This document shows positions 53,701-64,000 of a stretch of 64,000 bases of DNA, one piece after another. The notes beneath the pieces were generated by a model that worked only from the letters and a program-made list of their open reading frames with translations, did no database searches and was not told the origin of the DNA. Numbering within the stretch: the stretch's first letter is position 1; each line of letters starts with the position of its first letter. This stretch comes from Fimbriosthenelais zetlandica (lineage: Eukaryota): assembly GCA_977030845.1 (NCBI GenBank), contig OZ365115.1, forward strand, positions 10,354,001-10,418,000. The letters run 5' to 3'. A program made the translations under genes and the position numbers.

Positions 53701-55885
53701 AATTACAGGCTTATTTTTGACAGTTTAAGGCTTGAAACCTCAGATTTCAAATCAATCCCATGCTGGGCATTTCTATATGATCACTTTCTCAAGTAATACC
53801 CATGAGATGTCCGAGTGACAGCTCTACAGTGAAGTGCAGTGACAGTAATCCCTTACATGCTACAGCCATGTTTCCCCTGGCTATGTCAACTTTAATTGGG
53901 ATCTCACCTGCTTGAGGGCGATAGGGTTATAAATCCTAGGGGAATTAATCTGATGGGAGAAAAATAGAAACCATAAAACTTAACAGACTGACTTTATGTG
54001 AGTGTAGGCTACCTTTTAAGAAAAACTATGTGTATTAATATTGAGACTTAAGATAGAAATATGCAGCAACTTTAATTTGCTATGAAGCAGGGGTATGGCA
54101 ATAAATCACTTTACCGGGTCTCCAATTTTGAAGAAAATGTCAGAGGTCATTTGAAATTGAATCCTGAAATTCCTGTTAAATCAAGAGAAAGTGTCAAACC
54201 CTTATTGCAAACACAATAATCCTGCTAACCCCGTGGCCTGCAAACTGTAGACTGGTGAGTCATACCTAATGCAGCTCATGTCAGGCTTGTCCAGGGTCCA
54301 GATGGACGAGCCCTTCAACCCTAAGCCATGACCCAAAACCTAGCTCCAAGCCTATACATTATCCACATTATGGTCCATCTATAATAACCTAGAAATCATG
54401 GTCTTAAAATAACTCCCATGTATCATGGGTTCTGTTGCAGGTAATACGACCATCCATATTTCTTTGTCCTCATAATGGCTACCTTCTGCAAAGCAGTGGT
54501 TATTAACTGCTCAGAAGAGAGTTTCATATGACCAGGGGTGGTCGGGGCCCCAGGCGATTCACATTTCTTCATATCCATAACAGGGATATATATAGAAACA
54601 AGTGGTGAGAGGTTCACTGATATGAATATAATGCAAAGTAAGGTAAGGTATAAACATGTAAGTGTATATTATATTTCTGGCGGATCCCTTAACCATTGCA
54701 ACCATTAGGTCGAAATGCAGTTCAGATAGCTGAGCGTGCTTGCCCATGCCGCTTATCCTTCAGTGCTCCTATTTAAGTTACCCTTTAATATACCTTTAAC
54801 AGTTCAATCACACTACATTTTATCTGTTATAGGTCACTGTCCTTATTATCGTTATGGAGATCTATTTTTATCTGGGCAACATACGAGAGTCGGATAAGGT
54901 AGATGGTTCAGAATGATCAGTCTTCTTTGATGTCAGACATGAGAGTACTGAAGACTTGATTGGCTGATGGGTGTCTCGAGACAGATATACAAGAGTCACG
55001 AAAAGTTAGCTGGCTATAGTTTGTAACCGTATGACATCAAGAGACCAAGGAAGGACCTTCCAATCAAAAGACAAAAGCCAAATCATATCAGACATGGCAT
55101 ACATAAGACGCTGACTAAAATTTTGGGCAGACATTATTCAGAAATGCTGAATATTCAAGCATGCTCTCAGTTTCCTACAAGAGTTCCAACAGAGAAGCCC
55201 CTAAGTGGCTGCAACTACTTTAGGAAATATTATTCATGAGCCACAATGAAGCTCAACATCCCCTGACACCACCAAACAAGGACACTTTATGTTGAATAAT
55301 AATATGATGCAGTTAATTTGTATGCAATAGTTATTGGAAAACAAAGAAAATTCTAAAATTGAGGTAACAAACTTTGGTGCCGGTACCGTGCCATCGTCAA
55401 ATCGAATTTAGCACAAGTGATTTCTTGCACAGGCCACGTAGAGCCAATCTGATTAGACGTGATTCCTGTTCCCTCTGGAAACTTGGGGCATCCATTTCTG
55501 TTCTGAATCCACCAAAATATAGCTGTTTTCGGCAAAGCAGAAAGCAGGCTTATATTCTTTGATACATTTTGAGTCACTTTGAAAGAGCAGGTCATCTGTC
55601 TAGACGCTATCCATGTCCAACTAAGACCGGAAGTGATAGCTCACGTGACCACAGCAGCGTCACCCAATGGATGAACATAACCTGCAATTTCCATATTGCA
55701 TGTTATGTACATGCACATACATGTTGGGTGACCACTGAGACTACAGAAGATTCTTATCTCCTGGTAATACAGAAGGTGAAATAAAACTATCTTACATATA
55801 TATAGGAGAACCTAGTTATGAAAAGGAAAATAAGATGCATAAAACCTTTTATTTCAGGGCAACTTGTAGCTATCTTGATCATGAC

Positions 55886-56610
55886 TAAATTAGGCCTATA
55901 TACCCATATGTTGTTATAGCTAGGTGATAGGCAACACCAATTTTGTATGACCCACATAATTAATTATAAACCAATGTTTTTAAAAGTAACTAAAATCTAC
56001 ACAGGAAACTCGGTTTACTCCAGCTAGTGCATCAAGTTCTACTCAAACAGACCTCTTACTTTCTGTGATGAATGAGTCAAAAGACGTGGTTAGCTCAACT
56101 TCCGGTCTGAAGGGCAAAGTTAGAGGGTGAGGAATGTTGTGTCATTTTACTGGCAGCTGGCTCGACATTCTACTTGACAAAACACTTGTAGAGCTCGCCA
56201 TATAATATACTCAGTATTACTTTACCTACAGGATCTAAAAGTCAACAATGGTCTAGCCTTATAATAAAGATCTGGAAAAAAACTACATGCAATCCGGATG
56301 TAAATAGTATATATCATAAATATATATCACATATATATCATAAAATATATATAATATCATATAAATCATATATTATATGGAGAGAAATAATAGGGAAATC
56401 TAGAGCCCAGAAATAGGCTATAAGTGTAACTTTGTAACTCATTTTGTCATAGTGCAGGCGCGAAATCAACACCAGAACTTTACTTCCGGTCATCTCATGT
56501 TTCCTCAAATTATTCAAATTAAGTAAATTCATTGGGATGGATGGTGAGCGAGTTCAGGTCACCTAAATTAGGCCTATAGGTTGCCTATAGGTGATAGGCA
56601 ACACCAATTT
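55886..56610 (+). repeat. Pair of short direct repeats about 670 bp apart
   Basis: TAAATTAGGCCTATA at 55886 and 56564; TAGGTGATAGGCAACACCAATTT at 55921 and 56588. Confidence 0.75.
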
Positions 56611-57436
56611 CGACCATCTTAGCAACCATCAATAACCTGCTTCTCCCATAGGATTCAGTGTTAAAACCAACTATTTTTCTGGCTGTTTTAGCCTAGGCCT
56701 AGACATATTGCCATGTAGAGAGTAACGTCTTCTAAACTTTATCTATGGGTAGGTGTGTAGGCCTATACCTCTATTACATATTGAATATGCGTGAATATAA
56801 AGTAAAAAAAATAACTTTAAAAATAGGCCTATTAAGTTAAGTGGTATGTAATCTATATGTAGGCCTAACAGTAGGTTCCTGAGCCTGTTTCAAAACAAAT
56901 ACATGTATAAATTACCTATAGACTTAGCATTGCTGATATTCCTTTTGAAACAGGCACCAGCTCGATAACATGTTTGCAGATATATTACCTCCTCCACTAG
57001 TATATTGTTCTTTCGTCTGAAGTGGTCCAAGGATTGAATTAAAGCCTGATTGGGAAATAAGGTTGGCCTTTTCTGAATTTCTATACATCTTTTCTGGGAT
57101 TTTATTCAGCCCTCGCTCCTGGCATCCTTCATGCTATAGTGCTGCCACCTTACGATGTTTCATTTAAATCGGCCCTACACTATTGTTCATGGTCGATGAA
57201 AGGCCCCGATAAAAGGTAACATACATTAGCAAGGCGATAGCAAAATGCGGTAGTAAATATGGTATACCAGACACAAAGTTGGAAATTGGCAATCAAAACA
57301 CAGGTTTTAAACCATGCTTAGTTTTGTATCATGGGTGAAAGCCCTGTCACATTTTCCCACTCTACTAGTCTAGTTCTAATAATTCCGAAAGGGACACCAT
57401 TTTAAATTTGCCCTGGTTCATCAAATCTATCGGAAT

Positions 57437-57930
57437 GTGGCGTATCCAGGGGTGTTTCCAAGAATCCTGGAACCCATAAAATGTCATACTGGATGCCATG
57501 TGGAAGGTAGCCTTCGTATGTTGTCCCTTGATAAAAATATAATTAATGGCAAGGACAACATAACTGAGCAAAAAAAAAATAGAGAAGGTGAAATACAAAC
57601 TATATTGGATGCCCAGAAAAACAACAAAATTGCGAACAAATTGACACTATCTAATCTGGCATAAATTTTAACTATAGCTATATCTATACATAGTATAGAT
57701 CTATGCCTTTCATTCGTGGCAACAATTAAAACAATTTCCCATCTATAAGAACGATTGTCAGTTCTAACATTTACCACTGGAAATCAGTTCTTAAATGCGA
57801 AAAATGCACTAGATCTCACCAAATTAAATCATGAATTTCTAAATTTTCCGGGGGGGGGGGGGGGTCCCCCGGACCTCCCTAGAAACGCTTCGCGCTTTCA
57901 CCGTGCCTTCAGCAATTGTGCCTTCAGCAA
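57437..57930. repeat. Dispersed MITE-like repeat remnant with GGGG..CCCCCGGACC core
   Basis: Starts GTGGCGTATCCAGGGG. Contains AAAAATGCACTAGATCTCACC...AAATTTTCCG(G)14TCCCCCGGACCTCCC...GCTTCGCGC and a tandem GTGCCTTCAGCAAT x2. This pattern is typical of abundant invertebrate non-autonomous elements (recalled family resemblance, not searched). Confidence 0.4.
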
Positions 57931-58318
57931 TCATTATGTTGCGCTTACAAGAGGAAGACAAGATGGTACACACCATCCGGGACTTATTAGTATGAAAAAG
58001 CGCGCGTCCAATTGAAATTGTGAAATCCATCGAAGTTCTGAAGATTTGACACCTACAATGCAAAGACAACACTATTAATCAACAACGGGCCTGCCATAGA
58101 TCGGAGACGAGAATAGATGCGAGGAAGTTGTAGCCTTAGACTAAATTCTTAAAACTAAATAATATACAGATGTCCTGTAAAAAAACTTAATTCTACAGGC
58201 TGAAATACAATACAAGAGAACAAAAGGCAGGCCCTCAGAATGATCTTATAAAAGTAAATAATAGATAAAAATTGAGAGGCAGCAAACATTAGATGTCCCT
58301 CTCCACATATGTACTCAC

Positions 58319-58717
58319 CGACACGTCTCCTCCGCTCTTCATCCAGCGATGAGCCATCCACACCATGTGTCATTCATGAATTAATTAGGTGAAGTAACTA
58401 GTTTATTCAAGTCATGAGAATTAGTCCATTCATGAGTATTAGTCCATTCACATTATGAGAACTTAGGAGGGCGAGAGCAGTCGCTAGTAGCTCAGGTGGC
58501 GTAGGTGAGCTGGAGGTGTACGGGAAGGCAACGACCAAGCTCAGGTGTGGACAGGTGTGAAGGTGGGGCCAGGTGTAGTGTAGTTTTTCTCTGCTAAGGC
58601 GATATAACGTCCACACAACACACCAACACCCCGAGGAGGGACGCACTGAAAATGCCATGGACAGCTTGGGGATTGATCCGCCGACCCTCTGATCAGGTTA
58701 CGCCTAGCACACTCCAT
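58319..58717 (-). other. Candidate second leader exon of the same minus-strand transcript
   Basis: aaaaatttcag|ATG ... GTGTCG|gtgagt. GC/CpG-richer than its flanks; no long ORF, though short open frames (MTHGVDG... or MAHRWMKSGGDVS) reach the donor. Confidence 0.4.
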
Positions 58718-58720
58718 CTG

Positions 58721-58794
58721 AAATTTTTTTTAAAGAAATAATGAAATAATAATAAGAAAATTTTTTTTTTTAAAGAAATAATGAAATAATAATC
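58721..58794 (+). repeat. About 37-bp AT-rich tandem duplication
   Basis: AAAT(n)AAAGAAATAATGAAATAATAAT x2. Confidence 0.8.
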
Positions 58795-59564
58795 TTTATG
58801 CATTTATTGGGTAATAGCCTATTTCTGGGTGGTTAATCAAAATTTATAATAAGTGAATAGGCCTAGCTACTGTTGGCCTAAATGGGTCAGAGGAAATCTA
58901 ATATTTCTAAATTTAAAATCACTGAATTGGGCTACTGTAGGCTTACATGGCCTGAGGAATTCTAAGTGATGGCCAAAGCACAAGAGCTGAATGAATTTCT
59001 GGGTAGTCCTAATGTGAAAATGCTTGCTTAATAGGTGTGTGGTCAAAAGGGGTGGGGAGAACAATAGGACGCGAAATAACATATCTATAGCCTAATCCCC
59101 TATACCCCTCTCCCACACAATCTTTGGTATAGACATGCGGGGTTACACTGTATGTTTGGTATATTGATGGGGTGGTATTTTAACCTTAAAAGATGTAAAC
59201 TCCTCGGTCAACATTCGAATACTTGGGTGGCACACCCCCGTCTTCTTTCCGGGGGCCTATAGGCCTAAGCCCCTCTATAGTCCCTATACCCTGTTTGACT
59301 GTTTTAATAGTCAGCATTCATCTGAATGAAGGAGAATAATAAATTAATCAATACCGGTAAATCAATATATCTATGCTTAACTTATGCCCGTCCCCACCCA
59401 CTCAGAATTTTTTTTTAATTTAGACCTAGGCTAAGGCCTAAGCAATCGTTTTCCTGTAAAGGCCTGGGCTATGCCTACTATTAGTGAGATGGGATTGACA
59501 CTGCTTCATGCAGTAAAGGGAAGGAATGAAGACTTATAAATAACACTATTAAGACAGTATTTAC

Positions 59565-59930
59565 CTTAAAACATATGGGAGTGTAAAGCGGGAGGCAGCT
59601 GACAGCAGGTGGGGATCCAGGAACAGGAGAAACGAGACTGTGACAGTGACAGTCGGGACCAATGACAGTGTCAGATGACAGTGTCAGAGACAGTGTCAGT
59701 CGACAGTCGGGAACATGCGGGGACCATGCTGCGTAAGCTACCGGACACTGAAATGCATGAGAAAATGGCAGTGTCATCTGACAGAAATGTTATAACGGTA
59801 GGTTAAACGAATAAAGTGTTATAATGGAGATCGTTCATAGTTGTCAGATTCAATCGTGTTTTAACTTCAAACAGACGCCATATCCAAGGACGCCATCGAG
59901 CGCCATCTTGGCCGCCATCTTAGCCTATTT
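59565..59930 (-). other. Candidate first (leader, non-coding) exon of a minus-strand transcript
   Basis: Starts at four ATGGCG/YY1-like motifs (59876-59918) next to a CpG-rich promoter and ends at donor TTAAG|gtaaat (59565). Only short uORFs. The 5' limit is approximate. Confidence 0.4.
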
Positions 59931-61130
59931 ATAGGCCTAACAGACGCGGGTGATGGAGACACATGAAATGTCATAAAATCAGTTGATATTTTGTAAAATA
60001 ATCTACAAATGTTATACAAATATTCAGTCTTACCTCTTGTCATTCCCCTTCTTCTTCAGTTTCAACGCCCCACGATTTGAAAGATCTCTAATCCAGCGTA
60101 GTCACGTCATGCTGCCCAGGAGGCCATCAGCCAATCACGGCGCTCGTTGGCACACGACCGTGCCATGAACGATCATAAATTATAGCCGTCAGCCAATCAC
60201 GAGCCAGATGATGTCTGTACATAGCCTTCTCGAACTGTGGCGGGCGTTGTGGAGGTGTGTGATGGAGACAGTGGCCGTCAGCCAATCACGATTGAGATAT
60301 TCAGACGGCGTTTGTCGATTTCACTGCCTGCTCGGGCCGGCGTGGTGGAGGCCAGGCGGCGGAGACGTCACGTCGCGACGTGAATTAAATTGGTTCACAC
60401 GGTAATCGACACCACCAGGAATTTGCCATCAGAAAGTCGAGAAATTTTGCTTGATAGCATCGGGAAATTTTGCTCGATGACGGCATAGAACTTTCTAAAA
60501 TCTTCTAACAATAAATTTTTCCTAACAATAAAAAATATCTCGACCCTATATCCAGTCAAACAGAAAAAAAAATCAATTTGTATATAGGCCTATATATTTA
60601 TTTTAATTTCCGACGTTTAGAAATGTTTCTAAAGGCCTATATATAGGCTAGGCCTAATCATGAACATTTAAAAAAAAATCCCGTATTTGTAAATAAATTT
60701 TGTTCTTTACCCCGCCGACCCTATTTTTTGATAAAAAAAATTAGACCTAGTCCGCTGGCCAAACAAGAAAAAAAAACTCGATGATGTTCATTTCTCTATC
60801 CAGAAAAACGATAAACGAAGGCTAATGACATGAAATAGACATCCACCTGGCTGTGACGTCATTGTTTGGAGTGTAATCGCATGCGCAGTCGCCATATTTG
60901 GTCGTGGCGCAGAAACAGCTGGATTCAAATCATTGAAGATTTCACCGCTCATTACACGATATTTGTAGAGTGTCAGTCATCTAAAAATACACAGGATTAC
61001 AGTTAATACACCCAGGATTCACGTGGAGAGTGTGTCAACGTGTATCAAACGAAGATAAAGCAACTGAAGGAGGATCTTTACTGGAACAATGGAGCCGGAG
61101 GAGAAAAATGGCGGCCGTCTAAACATTGCC
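59870..61130. promoter_or_regulatory. CpG-rich, probably bidirectional promoter region
   Basis: 4x CGCCAT (YY1-like) at 59876-59918; 3x GCCRTCAGCCAATCACG (CCAAT) at 60123, 60185 and 60274; palindrome TCACGTCGCGACGTGA at 60368-60383; TGACGTCA at 60854; CGCATGCGCA (NRF1-like) at 60878; AAAATGGCGGC near 61105. Confidence 0.6.
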
Positions 61131-61370
61131 TGGGAGGAGAAAGTGCCTTGGAGAAAGACTGAAATTCACGCGGATTTACCTCATAATCGTCTCTAACATG
61201 GATGCAAGGGAATAATAGTATTAGAGGCAGTAATATTATAAGGATATGCTGTTATATATATGGCTGGCAGGTGGGTGTTTCTATGATTTACATTCTACGT
61301 AAACAAACAAGACATTGAATGAAGATTATTCCGTGAGTCGATTCAGTCGGCCTTCCAGTTCAACCGGGGT

Positions 61371-61392
61371 GGGGGGGGGGGGGGGGGGGGGG
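61371..61392 (+). repeat. Poly-G run (22 nt)
   Basis: Directly visible; similar runs at 32544-32561 (C18) and 57850-57864 (G15). Confidence 0.9.
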
Positions 61393-62466
61393 AGTGTAAC
61401 CCTACCAAAATAACTTTTCTGAAAGCTGAGCATAACTATATGGACTTTCGTTGGCAGTTATCTGAGCTTGAAACATGTTTTTTTTAAACAGTGTCATTGG
61501 GAGTGTCATTTGTTTTAAATAACAAATGACACTCCCAAAAAGGTATTGCAGGAAGATAAGCGTATGTGTGACTTTCTATATTGTAGAATTTATTACTAAA
61601 ATACATAAAATATCGTGCAATTGATGAAAACAAAATGTAATTCTCTCGTCGTATCATATAAGCAACACTAAAATACTCATACATTATATACTGTAGTCTG
61701 TACCAACTGGTAGAGAAGCAAAAATCTCAATTTTTCTCACAAATAGTAGGACTAATCACCTTACACTATCACACTGATTTGTGCTGATCACAGCTAAATA
61801 AACTTTCCTCGGTGCGAACATGATATCTGTAATATTTGAGATTTCGTAAAAGTTTCCTGAAGCAGTCCCAAAGGCACCCTTTTTCACATATGAAACACCC
61901 CTACTTCTGGCGAATAAATTCGTAAATAATTCATAACACGTTCATAACAATAGTGGGAGAATAGTATATAAACTAGTAATGGAGTTGCATTCAACAAAAT
62001 TTTCCAAACCTTACATACAATTTCCTCATATCATGCTGCCATAAAACACTGTGTGGGATCTTGAAATTTCAGATACAGGGACTCAATTGTGTCCATCAAT
62101 TGTGGTTCAAAAAGGTAGAGAATGATAAATTTATATCCAAGTACCGGTATAAGGATTCCATTCATTCCATTACAATAGAAACGGAAGATTGATACTCCTC
62201 AACGTGAACACTGGGTTTGGTATGTACAAAAGCCACATCGTACACAATAACGACCTCGAAGTACATATCATCACCATTCATCATATTCTTACCGGGATTA
62301 TCAAGTTTCTATGGTTCTGACATAAGAATCTTTACTTGTAATAATATGACCACTCTGACTTTGAGTAACTCGATTGGGCTATATGTCAGCCGCGGAGGGG
62401 AGAATGCCTTCAGCAATGGACAGTCTATCGAGAATATCCCTTGTTTTCATGTGCCATCAGGATTGA

Positions 62467-62550
62467 TTACTTCTTCTTGCCCTTCCCTTTACCTTTCGCC
62501 TTTTTTCCTTTTCCAGCCTTTTTAGTTCTTTCCAAGTAGGCTTTTCCCTC
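62467..62550 (-). CDS. Terminal coding exon of the same gene: EGKAYLERTKKAGKGKKAKGKGKGKKK*
   Basis: tttcttacag|GAG; 84 nt ending in TAA; 167-nt upstream intron; K/G-rich tail. Confidence 0.85.
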   Translation of the reverse strand, partial: EGKAYLERTKKAGKGKKAKGKGKGKKK

Positions 62551-62717
62551 CTGTAAGAAAAGACAATAAGCATTGTAAGCATTCTGATAGTACACTTCCG
62601 GTTATCGACATTTGAAACGATTGAAGAGTACGTTAACTGTTTCGCAATGAGACAATTTGAGGATTACGATGCACGCTATAATATGATAACTATTAAAAGT
62701 CGGAAAATGTATCTCAC

Positions 62718-62857
62718 CTGAGCAGTGGCTTGCATGGTACCTGCTTTTTTCAATGCTGCCTTTTTAGGTTTTGGTTTCTCTTCCTTTTCTTCACTCTTCC
62801 TCTTTCGTAGCGTGCGGCCTTCTGATAAATCCAGATCATCCCCATAGACAGCTTCAG
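62718..62857 (-). CDS. Internal exon (phase 1/0) of the same gene: (A)EAVYGDDLDLSEGRTLRKRKSEEKEEKPKPKKAALKKAGTMQATAQ
   Basis: tgattttcag|CT ... CAG|gtgaga; 140 nt; 97-nt upstream intron; frame continuous. Confidence 0.88.
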
Positions 62858-62954
62858 CTGAAAATCACACCATAGGGAGTTTATAAGAAAATGACCCTTC
62901 TTTGTTTATTTACTAGATATGAACATCTATAACTGACTGAAAGATCCATCTTAC

Positions 62955-63090
62955 CATCTTGCTTCGCCTTAGCCATTGTGCCAGCCCGTTTCAATGCTGC
63001 TTTCTTAGCCTTGGAAGATTTGGCCTTTTGGTATTTTGTCTCTTGTCGTGTATCAGCGAGTTTTTCATTCCCAAGTAATGCTTTTGCTTC
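62955..63090 (-). CDS. Internal exon (phase 0/1) of the same gene: EAKALLGNEKLADTRQETKYQKAKSSKAKKAALKRAGTMAKAKQD
   Basis: tctataacag|GAA ... GATG|gtaaga; 136 nt; 147-nt upstream intron; frame continuous. Confidence 0.88.
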
Positions 63091-63237
63091 CTGTTATAGA
63101 AAAAAAGCAATGATATATAATTCTATAATATAGTTCAGTGATATAATAATTATGATATTACGATTGAGTTTCACATAATAGTATGGCCACATAATTGCCA
63201 CATATATATATGTGCTTGAGATTTGATCAAAACTTAC

Positions 63238-63450
63238 CTTGGACGTGTTGACCATAGTGGTGCCTTTAGAGAAACGAGCCTTCTTTGCTGGTGGTGGAGC
63301 TTCTTCCTCCTCTTCTTCTTCAACGCTGTCCTCTGTAGAATCCTCTGGCTGCTCTTCCACCTCTTCCTCATCGTCTTCTTTCGCTCCATCGCTCATTAGA
63401 TAAGGCTTCTTCCAGTCTGTCAGGTTTTTGCTAAGGTAGGCTGTACCTTC
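63238..63450 (-). CDS. Internal exon (phase 0/0, 71 aa) of an uncharacterised acidic/basic repeat protein: EGTAYLSKNLTDWKKPYLMSDGAKEDDEEEVEEQPEDSTEDSVEEEEEEEAPPPAKKARFSKGTTMVNTSK
   Basis: Acceptor ccatatcag|GAA and donor AAG|gtaagt; 213 nt open; splices in frame to the next three exons. The gene's 5' part lies beyond the right end of the window. Confidence 0.85.
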
Positions 63451-64000
63451 CTGATATGGAACAGGTTTGAAATGGGATTATAATTAATTATTATTAAAAG
63501 GATATTAAACATTAGGAATAAAGTACATAATTCAATAATAAAGAATATTGTTAGGCTAGACCTTTTTAACAATGGGTAGAGATTTGGGCAAATGGGACAA
63601 ATAGACTTCCTATAAGGAGCAAGGTAATGCACCAATATACCGAAAGAATAGGATCATTAAATGGATAGGAAGAGTTAATTGTGTTGCTAAATGCACTAAA
63701 TAACAAGAAAGTACTGCCATGGTCTGTGCTGCATCAATGCATTGCTTTGGGCATTGAGTGCACCAGTCACCTTTTACTCTGCCAAGTATTGACTGACCCA
63801 AATATCAGGCCCAAAAGATGTGGGTCAGAATGGCCTGCTCCCTCCTTCGAAAGAAGAGTTAAGGGAACAACTAAGAGCAAGGGAAATGTATACAAATCCC
63901 CTGAATGATCACCCAGACGCCCCATATTTTCCCCTCCGTTAGAAAGGCGCTTACAATTTTATCCAAGCTCAACCTCTCAATTGCCTCACCAGCTTTAAGC

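Noticed and set aside
1-64000. CRISPR arrays, rRNA, tRNA, telomeric repeats, prokaryotic operons, RAG/Fanzor/Polinton genes
   Set aside because: No regularly spaced repeat-spacer units, conserved RNA motifs or long intact ORFs of these kinds were seen.

Overview
Eukaryotic nuclear DNA: moderately AT-rich, with spliceosomal GT-AG introns and no operons, rRNA, tRNA or CRISPR arrays. The strong excess of the palindromes TACATGTA and TAGGCCTA, the poly-G/C runs and the MITE types suggest a marine invertebrate, possibly a deuterostome such as an echinoderm; this is inference only. Almost all ORFs in the supplied track are incidental. Two features are well supported. (i) A 749-bp non-autonomous PIF/Harbinger-type MITE (1506-2254) has intact TIRs and a TAA target-site duplication. 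(ii) The last four exons of a minus-strand gene (63450->62467) splice perfectly in frame and encode an unrecognised acidic/lysine-rich protein built from a repeated 'phi-x-(R/K)-x-x-T-M-x5-E-G/A-x-A-Y/L-L' motif. The window also holds several CpG-rich promoter-like motif clusters (about 20.3, 32.8, 38.0, 48.9, 50.6 and 59.9-61.1 kb), isolated candidate exons that I could not assemble into named genes, and badly decayed retroelement remnants. I found no clear novel multi-gene system. The best leads are the repeat-motif protein, the local clustering of TAGGCCTA around the 60-kb promoter, that promoter's unusual architecture, and a candidate secreted proprotein exon with a furin site.
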